Assembly: GCA_037200965.1 (NCBI GenBank)
Contig: JBBCGK010000001.1
Span: 864,001-928,000 of the forward strand
DNA: 64,000 nucleotides
Reading direction: 5' to 3'
Origin: a bacterium
GTDB lineage: Bacteria > Patescibacteriota > Minisyncoccia > Phycocordibacterales > Phycocordibacteraceae
How positions within the stretch are numbered: the stretch's first letter is position 1; each line of letters starts with the position of its first letter. Made by a program: the position numbers and the translations under genes. Shown one piece after another: positions 1 to 9,375 of the stretch. Below the pieces are notes generated by a model that had not been told where the DNA came from, made no database searches, and was given only the letters and a program-made list of their open reading frames with translations.

Positions 1-1
1 G

Positions 2-253
2 GGCGAGGCGCTCAAAAACAAGATCGGCAGCCTCTCGGAAGGGCAGAAGGGCCTGGTCGCGTTTGCGGGGCTGGTGCTTTCCTCGCCCGGCCTCCTCATC
101 CTCGACGAGCCGACGAACCATATCAATTTCCGGCACTTGCCGGTGATTGCAAAAGCCTTAAGCGAGTATGCGGGCGCGATGGTGCTTGTCAGCCACGCGG
201 AAGAGTTCATGGCGCAGATACGGATAGACGAGATTCTTGATATGGAGAAATAA
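2..253 (+). CDS. ABC-F/ABC transporter ATP-binding protein, C-terminal fragment (5' end outside window)
   Basis: Translation ...LSEGQKGLVAFAGLVLSSPGLLILDEPTNHIN...VLVSHAEEF shows ABC signature, Walker B and H-loop; stops at TAA 251-253. Confidence 0.6.
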   Translation, partial: GEALKNKIGSLSEGQKGLVAFAGLVLSSPGLLILDEPTNHINFRHLPVIAKALSEYAGAMVLVSHAEEFMAQIRIDEILDMEK

Positions 254-269
254 CCCCGTCGGATTCTGT

Positions 270-1265
270 CTATAAAATGCCCCTGAATAAATGAACCGTA
301 TGGCCAACCGGAATCCCTTGATGGTAGAGCTCCGCGGCTTCTCCCGCGGAGACCTTGAAAGGAGTGAGTAGTTTCTTCACTTCCTCGCCGCTTACCTGAA
401 AGGATGGATTCTCGATACCTGCCTGATGCAGCGCTTCTTTGCTTTCCGTATACCGATAGAAATCGAAGCTGGTACCATATGCCTCCTCAAGACGGTGATA
501 ACCCTCGAAATCTATGAGCGCTTCCGTTTGTTCCTTGAACCCCACCACCACTTCCTCCATACGGTATCCGCATGCGGCGAAGAGCTTCCGTACTTCTTCG
601 AGCGGCATCCTGCCGCCGAGTTCCGTGATGATTGAACCCCCTTCAACAAGTATATTCTTCGCGCTTTGGAGAAAAGCATATTGCGCGCCAAGGGCCCATC
701 CCAGGAATTCTTCCGGGGGATGATAGCCCTCGTACGTACCGACCATAAGGAACGTCCCCTTTTCCGCGCCCTTTGTCAGATCTTCTTCGCCGGTAGCGGG
801 GAGATTCGGGATATTACCATGAACGAACTCGACTTTCTTTCCGGTCTTTTCAATAGGTTCGCAAAACGACCCGACGACAGGAGTGATCGTAAGATCTTTG
901 TTCGTAATCGTATGGTGTAAGTTGTAGATCGTACCCTCGAGTATCCCTTCATCTATATCGGTGACGATGAGTTCTTTTACGTCTTGGTCGAAGATCCTGG
1001 CGATAGCGATTGCTTCTACCCCGCTGCAGATACCGACGATGCTAATGCGCTCCGGCTGACGTCCTTCTTGTTCGAGCATTGTCCTGAAATGCTTCATGCC
1101 TACTGCGGTGTAATAGGCCCAGTTGTCTTCGATATCGGTCTTGTAGGGATACATGCCGTCCGTCTCAACAATAGTTGTCGGAGTATCTCCGATGCCAGCC
1201 ATATAAAGAAGCGGGGCTATATCCACTGACCGACCTTCAAGCGCATCAAGATTTTTCATATCCAA
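270..1265 (-). CDS. Class I SAM-dependent methyltransferase-like protein (hypothetical)
   Basis: 331-aa ORF; Rossmann motif I-like IVGICSGVEAIAIA followed by acidic IVTDIDEG; no specific family recognised. Confidence 0.4.
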   Translation of the reverse strand: MDMKNLDALEGRSVDIAPLLYMAGIGDTPTTIVETDGMYPYKTDIEDNWAYYTAVGMKHFRTMLEQEGRQPERISIVGICSGVEAIAIARIFDQDVKELIVTDIDEGILEGTIYNLHHTITNKDLTITPVVGSFCEPIEKTGKKVEFVHGNIPNLPATGEEDLTKGAEKGTFLMVGTYEGYHPPEEFLGWALGAQYAFLQSAKNILVEGGSIITELGGRMPLEEVRKLFAACGYRMEEVVVGFKEQTEALIDFEGYHRLEEAYGTSFDFYRYTESKEALHQAGIENPSFQVSGEEVKKLLTPFKVSAGEAAELYHQGIPVGHTVHLFRGIL

Positions 1266-1325
1266 ATATTATCCTGCCTGGTTGAGTTAATCCAGCCTTC
1301 ACCTCCCGCGCGGTACAAAGGACGT

Positions 1326-1781
1326 ATGCCAAACGCCATAAGCATCATCAAGCGGGACCATCGGGCGGTCGAGAAGGATTATAAAACCTATAAGCGGGCG
1401 AAGGACAAGGACCAGAAACGCAGGATCGCAGAGCGCATCTTCGACGCGCTCGACGCGCACGCGAAAATGGAAGAAGAGGTGTTTTATCCGGCGGTGACGG
1501 AAGCGGGAGGGCCGGAACTGCAGAAGATGATTGTCGAGGCGCTTGAGGAGCACGGCGAAATGAAGCATCTCGTCGCGCGTTTCCGCGCCCCGAACGCCGA
1601 GGAGCGGGCGGGAATGGGCATGCGCATCGACGAGCTTCTCGCGGGCGTGATGCATCACGTGAAGGAAGAGGAGAAATCGCTTCTTCCAAAATCCGCACGG
1701 GCGCTCGGAAAAGCCCGTATCACGGCGCTTGGAGAGCGGATGGAGCCAATGTCGCCGAGCGCGAAGCTTCCGAAACCCTAG
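1326..1781 (+). CDS. Hemerythrin HHE cation-binding domain protein
   Basis: IKRDHRAVEKDY...EEEVFYPAV...EHGEMKHLV...HHVKEEE spacing typical of hemerythrin-like His/Glu ligands. Confidence 0.55.
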   Translation: MPNAISIIKRDHRAVEKDYKTYKRAKDKDQKRRIAERIFDALDAHAKMEEEVFYPAVTEAGGPELQKMIVEALEEHGEMKHLVARFRAPNAEERAGMGMRIDELLAGVMHHVKEEEKSLLPKSARALGKARITALGERMEPMSPSAKLPKP

Positions 1782-1841
1782 CCACGCCGCCGCATACGGC
1801 GCGGTATACTGGGCATAGCCTTATCCATTATCGCCCGCCGT

Positions 1842-2747
1842 ATGGAAAAACCCGCCTCAACGCTTTGGACCGGAGTCGTCGTGCTTGCCGTCGCGATCCT
1901 CGCCGCTTTTCTCTATGCGTACTCGATGCATCAGCCGCCGGCGTTCGTGATGCCCGGCGGAGAGAGCGTTTCGTATTCCTGCGGCGGACAGAAAGGGATC
2001 GCCGCGGCATACGCGAGTTCGACCGTTGCGCTCGCGCTTTCCGACGGGCGGAGCATAAACCTGCCGCAAGTCCCGTCGGGCTCCGGCATACGGTACGAGG
2101 GCACGGCGGAGGATGGGAGCGATATCACGTTCGTCTCAAAAGGCGACAACGCGTTTCTTGAAGAGAACGGATCGGTGACGTACTCGGACTGCCTTGCGGG
2201 TACGAGCGCCGCTTCCGCTTCGGGGACGCTTTTCACCGACGCGGGCAAGACCTTCAGCTTCGAATACGCTCCGCCGATTACGGTTTCCGGCGGGGGAGTC
2301 GGCTATTCGACGGACTGGATGGTGAACGCGACGGCTTCGGGCCTCGTGCTCGCGGTCGCGACGCTCCCGGATTCCTTCGAGCCTTCGACCAATTTCCGGG
2401 GAGCGAAACTCACCGTCGGCACGAGCGCGGATCCTTCGGCCGTCGCGACCTGCCTTACTTATGAACCGACCGGGGGACCGGCGGCAACGACCACTACCTC
2501 GCTCATCAACGGCACGTCCTACCGGGTCCTCCATACAAGCGACGCGGGCGCCGGGAATTTCTACGAGACGACGAGCTACCGCACCGTACGTGATAACCAG
2601 TGCTATGCGATCGAATACACCATCCACACTACCAACATCGGCAATTATTCGCCTGACCAGGGAATCACCGCCTATGATCAGGCGAAAGTGACGCATCTCC
2701 TCGGCGACGTGGTGCAGAGCTTCAGGTTCCTCGCGCCCGGCTCATAA
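1842..2747 (+). CDS. Membrane-anchored protein with N-terminal MliC-like (lysozyme inhibitor) domain
   Basis: N-terminal TM helix, then C...GIRYEGTAEDGSDITFVSKGDNAFLEENGSVTYSDC pattern resembling MliC; C-terminal part unknown. Confidence 0.5.
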   Translation: MEKPASTLWTGVVVLAVAILAAFLYAYSMHQPPAFVMPGGESVSYSCGGQKGIAAAYASSTVALALSDGRSINLPQVPSGSGIRYEGTAEDGSDITFVSKGDNAFLEENGSVTYSDCLAGTSAASASGTLFTDAGKTFSFEYAPPITVSGGGVGYSTDWMVNATASGLVLAVATLPDSFEPSTNFRGAKLTVGTSADPSAVATCLTYEPTGGPAATTTTSLINGTSYRVLHTSDAGAGNFYETTSYRTVRDNQCYAIEYTIHTTNIGNYSPDQGITAYDQAKVTHLLGDVVQSFRFLAPGS

Positions 2748-2748
2748 G

Positions 2749-3471
2749 ATGAGGCTCACGCTCGCGATCGTGCTCCTTGAGCTCGCCGTCGCGGCGCTTC
2801 TTTTGTGGGGTGCCGGAAGTTTCCTGTATCGCGCAAGCATTTCGCTCGGGCTTGTGCGCGCCGCAAAACCCTTCGAACTTGGCGGAACTAATTATGCCAA
2901 GACGCTTCTCGTACTTGGCGACAGCACGGGCGTCGGGGTCGGTGCCGCAAGGCCCGAAGAGACGGTCGCAGGGCTTCTTGGGAAAGGCATCGGAGCGACA
3001 TACGTCGAGAATCATGCCGTATCGGGCGCGGTCTCGAAGGATCTCAAAAAGCAGATGGCACAGACGAAGCTCGGCCGCTACGACGCGATACTTCTCCAGA
3101 TCGGCGCGAATGATATCATCGCCTGGCGAAGCGCCCCGGATACGGCAGCTACGCTCGCGCCCCTGCTTGAGGAGCTTTCGAAACGAGGCGGCCGCGTCTA
3201 CTGGATGTCCGCGGGGAATGTGGGCGGGGCGACCATCTTTCCGTTTTTCCTTCGCCCCTTCTATACCGCACTTAACCTGAAATATCACTCGGCCTTTGCC
3301 GCGCTTGCGCAGGAAAAGGGAATTACGTACGTGAATTTATATACGCCGCCTGCCAAGGATCCGTTCGCAAAGCATCCGGAAATATATCTTGCCAAGGACG
3401 GCCTCCATCCTTCTTCCGCGGGCTATGCGCTCTTCTACCAACGCCTTAAGGAAAGCGCAGGTATACAATAG
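2749..3471 (+). CDS. SGNH/GDSL-family hydrolase
   Basis: LVLGDSTGVG (GDS block) and DGLHPS (DxxH block); N-terminal TM anchor. Confidence 0.6.
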   Translation: MRLTLAIVLLELAVAALLLWGAGSFLYRASISLGLVRAAKPFELGGTNYAKTLLVLGDSTGVGVGAARPEETVAGLLGKGIGATYVENHAVSGAVSKDLKKQMAQTKLGRYDAILLQIGANDIIAWRSAPDTAATLAPLLEELSKRGGRVYWMSAGNVGGATIFPFFLRPFYTALNLKYHSAFAALAQEKGITYVNLYTPPAKDPFAKHPEIYLAKDGLHPSSAGYALFYQRLKESAGIQ

Positions 3472-3477
3472 CGGCAT

Positions 3478-4161
3478 ATGGAAGCGGCGGAATACGGCGG
3501 AGGGGCGCTCTCATGGCTTCGAACATGCGCATGGTATAGCGGAGGATTGGTAGCGGTTCTGGCGCTTCTCATTCTCCTCGTTCCGATCGGAATGCGGGAG
3601 AGCACCGCGCCGTATATTTATACGTCGATCGAAGGCGCGCCGGAGGTCGAGACCGCGCTCGTGCTTGGCGCCTCGGTCATTCGCGGCGAGCCGTCGCCGA
3701 TTCTTGAAGCCAGGACCGACAGCGCGATCGAGCTTTATAAGGCGGGGAAGGCGGGGAAAATCCTGGTCACGGGCGACAACGGCGCGCTCAATCACGACGA
3801 GGTGACGCCCGTCAGGAAATACCTCATCGACGCGGGGGTCGCCGCCGAAGACATCTTCCTCGACCATGCGGGATTCGACACCTACAGCAGCATGTACCGC
3901 GCGCGAAGCGTGTTTGGCGTGACTTCCGTGATCGTGGTGACGCAGGATTTCCATCTTCCGCGCGCGGTATTCATCGCGCGCGCCCTTGGCCTTCCCGCCT
4001 ACGGCTTCCCCGCACGCGAGGAGCGCGGTACCTTCTATAACTATCTGAGGGAAGTTCCGGCGTCCGTAAAGGCGGCGCGGGACCTGCTTATGCGCCGCGT
4101 TCCCGAATATCTGGGCCCGGCAATTCCCATTTCGGGAGACGGTTCGACGACGTGGTATTAA
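3478..4161 (+). CDS. SanA/YdcF (DUF218) family membrane protein
   Basis: TM anchor followed by ALVLGASV...ILVTGDNG...DHAGFDTY core typical of DUF218/SanA. Confidence 0.55.
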   Translation: MEAAEYGGGALSWLRTCAWYSGGLVAVLALLILLVPIGMRESTAPYIYTSIEGAPEVETALVLGASVIRGEPSPILEARTDSAIELYKAGKAGKILVTGDNGALNHDEVTPVRKYLIDAGVAAEDIFLDHAGFDTYSSMYRARSVFGVTSVIVVTQDFHLPRAVFIARALGLPAYGFPAREERGTFYNYLREVPASVKAARDLLMRRVPEYLGPAIPISGDGSTTWY

Positions 4162-4248
4162 CTCTTCATGAACCCTTCAGGCAGGCAAGGTATACTGGAG
4201 CGCGAGTGCGTATAGATTACCGGACCTAACTCTTACTTCTACACCAAC

Positions 4249-5064
4249 ATGACCAAATACCTCAGTTCTCCGGCGCTGGCCCTCGCGCTCGCGCTTCTCG
4301 CTGTAACTCCGGCAGCAGCGGCAACCATTGACGTTGACGCTTCCGGAAGCACGGCCGCAGGAAGCGCCGTAAGCGTTTCTTCCGATTCATCGGCAGGAGC
4401 AAGCACCGATATCGTCACACCCGTTAAGGCGGACGTGCAGGTAACGACTTCGCAGGCTGTCGTGCAGCCGGGAGCCCGCGGCACGACGACCGGGAGCGGT
4501 ACTATCGACACAGGCAGCGGAATGCAGGGCTCGGTTTCCGCAGACGGCGGCGTACAAGCCGGTCTCGGCATCCTGAACGTCACCCGCGCGAACGCCGACA
4601 GCATGCTGTCGGCAGGCGCGGAGGTTGGTAGCTCAGGGATGGTCAGCGACCGCCAGAGCCTCTCAACCTACGCGGCGGCTACGCTTAAGGGCGACACCGA
4701 TCTCGAAGGCGTGGAGTTTTCGGGCGATCACGTGGCCGTAAGCTATAAGGAACGGGCTCATCTCTTCGGCTTCATCCCGCTGTGGGTTACGGCCCGCGCG
4801 CAGGCGAACGCCGACGGGAGCGTGAAAGTCTCGTACCCGTGGTACGGCTTCCTTATGTCGACCGCGTCCGATGACATAGAAGCGCAAGTCAAGGCTGATG
4901 CGACCGCGACGCTTTCCGGAAGCGGAGCGTCGGCAATGCTCTCTGCGACGACACAGGCCAAACTCTTCGACCAGCTCCGCCGCGCGATGAAAGCGGCGCA
5001 TGACACGGAGGTAAGTGCGGATGTTGACGCAAGCGCGAGCGGCAGTGCGGCAAGCGGCTACTAA
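4249..5064 (+). CDS. Secreted low-complexity (Ala/Ser/Gly/Thr-rich) hypothetical protein
   Basis: Signal peptide MTKYLSSPALALALALLAVTPAAAA; compositionally biased mature region. Confidence 0.45.
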   Translation: MTKYLSSPALALALALLAVTPAAAATIDVDASGSTAAGSAVSVSSDSSAGASTDIVTPVKADVQVTTSQAVVQPGARGTTTGSGTIDTGSGMQGSVSADGGVQAGLGILNVTRANADSMLSAGAEVGSSGMVSDRQSLSTYAAATLKGDTDLEGVEFSGDHVAVSYKERAHLFGFIPLWVTARAQANADGSVKVSYPWYGFLMSTASDDIEAQVKADATATLSGSGASAMLSATTQAKLFDQLRRAMKAAHDTEVSADVDASASGSAASGY

Positions 5065-5079
5065 ATCCCCGAAGTTCAT

Positions 5080-5114
5080 AAAACAACACGGCGCCTTTGG
5101 CGCCGTGTTGTTTT
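5080..5114 (+). terminator. Rho-independent terminator hairpin
   Basis: aacaacacggcgcc-ttt-ggcgccgtgttgtttt stem-loop followed by T-run, directly after the 4249..5064 stop. Confidence 0.6.
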
Positions 5115-5134
5115 CATAGTGGTACACTGCCTCT

Positions 5135-5638
5135 ATGACTTCCTCCAAAGCGGCCCGGGCCCTTTTCCTTCGAAACGTGATATTCGGCGTCGAAGACAGC
5201 CTGGTCTCGACCGTGGGGCTCCTCTCCGGCATTACGCTTGGCGCGACGCCGCGTTCCATCGTCCTTCTCACGGGCCTCGTCTATGTGTTCGTCGAAGGGT
5301 TCTCGATGGCGGTGGGGAGTTTCCTGTCGGAAGAAGGCGCGCAGGAGTATGCGGGTAATAAGAAGTCGGCGCTCGGAAGCTCCATCTTCGGCGCGTTCGT
5401 GATGCTCGTCTCGTTTGTGATTGCCGGGTTCATTCCGCTTATCCCGTACATCCTCCTTGCCGACCAGAGCGCCATCTGGGTATCGGTCGCCGCTTCGATC
5501 CTCGCGCTCTTTCTTCTTGGAGTTGCGGGAGGGAAGCTCGCGGGTACGGGGATGATAAGCCGGGGGCTTCGCATGGCGCTTCTTGGAGGCTTCGCGATCG
5601 CTATCGGCGTTCTCGTATCTCATTTCTTCAGGGTATAA
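5135..5638 (+). CDS. VIT1/CCC1 (DUF125) family membrane protein
   Basis: FGVEDSLVSTVGLLSGI motif and several TM helices; short form. Confidence 0.55.
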   Translation: MTSSKAARALFLRNVIFGVEDSLVSTVGLLSGITLGATPRSIVLLTGLVYVFVEGFSMAVGSFLSEEGAQEYAGNKKSALGSSIFGAFVMLVSFVIAGFIPLIPYILLADQSAIWVSVAASILALFLLGVAGGKLAGTGMISRGLRMALLGGFAIAIGVLVSHFFRV

Positions 5639-5874
5639 GGCCCCGGCCTCATTAATGGTGCTTGCGTTGAAATTAATTTTCGTTCGCAGTATAGTAAGTG
5701 CATATGGCAGTTAATGAAAAAAGACAAAGGGTCAATTTCACCGCTACAAAGATTATTTCAAAGCCTGCGGTAATTCGTTTCCAAACAAAAAATGGGCAAT
5801 TGGTGACCTTCAAGGGACATAAGGACATACCCGCGCCCGTTCGTGTGAGTTTTATGAGAAAGGGAAGATAGGAT

Positions 5875-6333
5875 ATGCGCCTACGGGCATTGAAACCCGA
5901 GATTGTTCATATCGAAGGAAATGCCTTGGTTCCGGCCAAGGCCGTTTCTTATGTGCTCGATGCGAACGGGAAGATCGTCGAAACGGTTAAACCGAGAACC
6001 CATGCATTTGAGAACGAACTAAAGGCGAAAATGAGAAGTGAACTCAAAGGAATCTCTCTATTCCCTACGAAGAATAAAGTATTTGTATCGATTATATGCG
6101 GACTTAATTCCAGCCATGAATATGAGAATCTTGACTTGGACAACAGAGTGAAAACCATTCTGGATGCATTGAAAGAGGTAGTATATGAGGATGATAAGCA
6201 GGTTAAGGTCTTACTGGCCGACAAGATATTTTTAAAGCACAAGCCGGAGAGCTACTTTCAGTTCAGTATCAAAGTGTTGGACGAGAAGACCGAGCGATTG
6301 TTATACAGGCATCTGTCGAAGATAGGCAGGTAA
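5875..6333 (+). CDS. rusA: RusA-family crossover junction endodeoxyribonuclease
   Basis: ENLDLDNRVKTILDALKEVVYEDDKQV matches the RusA DxDN..K..DAL...DD.Q core; gene and flanks are AT-rich relative to genome. Confidence 0.55.
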   Translation: MRLRALKPEIVHIEGNALVPAKAVSYVLDANGKIVETVKPRTHAFENELKAKMRSELKGISLFPTKNKVFVSIICGLNSSHEYENLDLDNRVKTILDALKEVVYEDDKQVKVLLADKIFLKHKPESYFQFSIKVLDEKTERLLYRHLSKIGR

Positions 6334-6691
6334 GACACAATATTCCGATTCGAGATACTTCTTGAGAAAAAGAACCTGAGTCGGAGACGACCATGCTCCA
6401 ATGTCGTCTTCCCAACTGCCACCTTCGCTTTCGCTGTTATGCAGGGTCAGCGAACGGATGCGTGCTAACTCGGGCCGTTTCTACCTGCGTGGGCAGTCCG
6501 CGCGTTCCGATGTCTTTCGCCAAGCATAGGAGTCTGCCATGGCGACTGGTTTCGCTTCCCACAGACGACCGCCCGGCGACATTTCCACCTGCTCTTAATT
6601 CCAAGGAGATTCGAAATGTCGCTATTTGTTTATAAGACGGGCGTCCATCGGATAGATGGACGCCCTGATCAGTTTCGATACTCGTCGTAGA

Positions 6692-7387
6692 TCATGCGGT
6701 CAGATGCGCGATTTCTTCCTCAAGTTGGCGACGGCGCTCCTCGATTACTCCCTGTCGCTGTTCGAGTGGAAGGACGCCGCCTGCCATCGCCTCCCTCGTT
6801 CTCCCAACCAATTCCACAGCGTCCTCAAAACCGATGATGCGTTCGATGAGAGCCCGTTCTGGCGACGGGTTGGGGAGGAACACTTTCCACGAACCGCTCA
6901 TGCGCAGCCCGTCGAGGCCGGTAATCCATTCCGGTGTGCTGTCGGCACGGAAGAGGCGGAAGTACGCTGTGGGACGCGGCTGTACTACTCTGTCTGCCGC
7001 AAAAAGCGCGTCTTTCCACGGCACGCCATCGGCGTCGACCGGCCCCATTTGGAAGGGAAGTGCAGCCAGTGCTTCATTTAGCTGCTTCTGCATCTCGTCA
7101 AGAACCTGGCCGTTGCGCACGTGCTGAAAAGGAACTTGCTCCGGGAAAGTCCACGGAAACTCGGAAAGGTCGATGATCGGATAGCTTTCCTTATTCCCCT
7201 TCATCTCGCCATGATAGGTGCTGCCCGTCCACAGGCTTTCGCCGTCGCGCACCAAATCGGTCCGCACCGACGAGCTGCTGACAGACTCTAGCTTTGCGGA
7301 CAAGTGGATCGGGGCGAACGCAGGATCGCGAGTGCCGCGATTGATGAAGTGAAGGATCATTTCCTTCGAACTCGCTATGGTTGTCAT
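6692..7387 (-). CDS. Hypothetical protein
   Basis: 231-aa ORF with protein-like composition; no family recognised; an overlapping antisense ORF was rejected. Confidence 0.35.
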   Translation of the reverse strand: MTTIASSKEMILHFINRGTRDPAFAPIHLSAKLESVSSSSVRTDLVRDGESLWTGSTYHGEMKGNKESYPIIDLSEFPWTFPEQVPFQHVRNGQVLDEMQKQLNEALAALPFQMGPVDADGVPWKDALFAADRVVQPRPTAYFRLFRADSTPEWITGLDGLRMSGSWKVFLPNPSPERALIERIIGFEDAVELVGRTREAMAGGVLPLEQRQGVIEERRRQLEEEIAHLTA

Positions 7388-7533
7388 GGATTGTTCTCCC
7401 TAATGGGCTGCCACCGTGGCAGGGTCACCCGACGGAACTAAAACACAATCCATCCTCTTTTGCAATCCGCAGGAGAGATGAGCGCACGGTCGGCGAGAAT
7501 GCTATCCTAAGGGCATAGAAGTAACCGATACGT

Positions 7534-8232
7534 ATGCATACCGAAGACAATGACTTCCTTAAATACCTAACGCCGATCGCCGTCGTCCTCGCAGGCGGGC
7601 TGATCGCGCTTGCGGTCTTTTACAATGGAACCGGAGCGGGCACCACTACCAATGGCCAGCCGCAGGCGGCAGCCGTAAACATCAAAGACGTGAATATTGA
7701 AAACGAGCCGTTCATCGGCGACGCGAACGCGCCCGTCACCATCGCCGAGTGGTCCGACTACCAGTGCCCGTACTGCAAGCAGTTCGAGGAGCAGACACTG
7801 CTCCAGATCATCAAGGACTATGTCGACGCGGGGAAGGTCAAGGTCGTCTTCAAGGCGTATCCGTTCCTCGGTGCCGACTCCGATACCGCCGACATGTATG
7901 CCCGCTCGGTCTGGCACCTTTATCCGGCCCAGTACTTCGCCTGGAGGAACGCCATGTTCGCCGCGCAGGACGCGGAGGACGACCAGGGATTTGGCGACGC
8001 GGCATCGATCGACAAGATGAATGCGACCGTCGCGGGCCTTGATGCCGCAAAGATCGCCGCGGACGTGAAGGCTAACGCCCCGGCCTACCAGGCCGAGATC
8101 GACGCCAACAAGGCGGAGGCGGCGAAGCTCGGCATCTCGGGCACGCCTGCCTTTATCATCGGCAAGACCCTCCTTCCGGGCGCGTATCCGTACGCGAACT
8201 TCAGGCCGCTCATCGACGCGGAGCTGAAATAA
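7534..8232 (+). CDS. DsbA-like thiol:disulfide oxidoreductase (thioredoxin fold), membrane-anchored
   Basis: N-terminal TM; WSDYQCPYCKQF (CPYC active site); TPAFIIG near C-terminus. Confidence 0.65.
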   Translation: MHTEDNDFLKYLTPIAVVLAGGLIALAVFYNGTGAGTTTNGQPQAAAVNIKDVNIENEPFIGDANAPVTIAEWSDYQCPYCKQFEEQTLLQIIKDYVDAGKVKVVFKAYPFLGADSDTADMYARSVWHLYPAQYFAWRNAMFAAQDAEDDQGFGDAASIDKMNATVAGLDAAKIAADVKANAPAYQAEIDANKAEAAKLGISGTPAFIIGKTLLPGAYPYANFRPLIDAELK

Positions 8233-8341
8233 CGGAAAAGGGATCGACTTCCAACCTTTCACAAGTCGCCGCTTGCGAATTGCTGACACGAGTCAGGGTG
8301 TATCCCTCAAAACCCATGAAATTATTCGGAGAATAACCAGC

Positions 8342-8374
8342 AAAAAGAGCAGCAGCCTCGGCTGCCGCTCTTTT
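8342..8374. terminator. Bidirectional rho-independent terminator between convergent dsbA-like and dedA-like genes
   Basis: aaaagagcagcagcc-tcg-gctgccgctctttt hairpin flanked by A-run and T-run. Confidence 0.55.
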
Positions 8375-8375
8375 G

Positions 8376-8966
8376 CTATACCGTTTCTTCCGGAACCGCC
8401 TTAAGTTTCTTGAATCTCGCGTGGCCTATGAAGAAGGCGATTCCCGCGACGAGAAGCACGATAGGCCAGCGGAAAACTCCGAGCCAGCCGAAGGTGAAGA
8501 AGCCGAAGAGGTAGGCGATCGTGAACAGCACCACCGACCACAGCACGTCCGAAATGAAGACGATCGGCGCGAACCGCTTCCACGGCACCCCGAAGAATCC
8601 GCAGGCGAGGAATATCGGAAGCCGGAAACCCGGAAGGAAGCGGGCCGTAAGCACGGTCGTCAGGAGTTCGTCGTGGATCCAGTTCTTGAAAGGGGCAGCG
8701 CGCTCGTGCTCGACGAAGCTCTGGAGCCAGGGATGGGTCCTGGCATAGCTTCCGATGCCGTAGAAGAGGAAGTCCGTGACCGCGACACCAAAGATTACGG
8801 CGGGCACCGCGACGAGCGGGGAGATATAGCGGTCCGCGGCCATCACCCCCGCAAAGACGACCGATACGTCCTCGAGGAGCATGCTGCCGAGGGCGATAAA
8901 GAGGGGCAGGTACCCGCTGTGCGCCCCCGCCTCGAGCATGTGGTGGATAAGGAACGAGAGATGCAT
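8376..8966 (-). CDS. DedA/SNARE-associated (VTT domain) membrane protein
   Basis: Multi-TM with LLEDVSVVFAGVMAA...RFLPGFRLPIFLACG, typical of the DedA family. Confidence 0.6.
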   Translation of the reverse strand: MHLSFLIHHMLEAGAHSGYLPLFIALGSMLLEDVSVVFAGVMAADRYISPLVAVPAVIFGVAVTDFLFYGIGSYARTHPWLQSFVEHERAAPFKNWIHDELLTTVLTARFLPGFRLPIFLACGFFGVPWKRFAPIVFISDVLWSVVLFTIAYLFGFFTFGWLGVFRWPIVLLVAGIAFFIGHARFKKLKAVPEETV

Positions 8967-9136
8967 TGTTTTTATATTACCTTGATATCACTGGTATATC
9001 ATTCTAACGTTCTTTACAAACACCTCATTCATACCTGTTTGAAATTTTCTAGTTTTAGTAGATTCTCTTTCCGTTGAACAGAACTAGTCCCTTATAAGCG
9101 TTTGCATTCCTTATAAGGAGATAGTACACTTTAAAT

Positions 9137-9370
9137 ATGAACAAGGAAAAGATTAAAGGAGAGTCATCTAGGGATAGATTTAAGCGTTTAGCAACGCTTC
9201 GTACCAACGGAGTACTCAGTCGGCTTAAAATACTTGGAAATTGTTCCAATCGTCATGTCTATGAATACGACGAGGAAGATATAGATAAAATCTTTTTTGA
9301 AATTGAACGCAAACTTAAGGAAGTAAAGGCTAAGTTTCATTTTCCAAAGCAGCGTGATTTTAAATTATAG
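9137..9370 (+). CDS. Small hypothetical protein (77 aa), first gene of the island operon
   Basis: Low-GC ORF 6 bp upstream of the 837-aa gene; preceded by two CTTATAAG palindromes. Confidence 0.3.
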   Translation: MNKEKIKGESSRDRFKRLATLRTNGVLSRLKILGNCSNRHVYEYDEEDIDKIFFEIERKLKEVKAKFHFPKQRDFKL

Positions 9371-9375
9371 AAACT

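Noticed and set aside
6656-7081. 141-aa plus-strand ORF
   Set aside because: Overlaps the longer, more protein-like minus-strand ORF 6692..7387 antisense; Arg/Cys-rich composition suggests a GC shadow.
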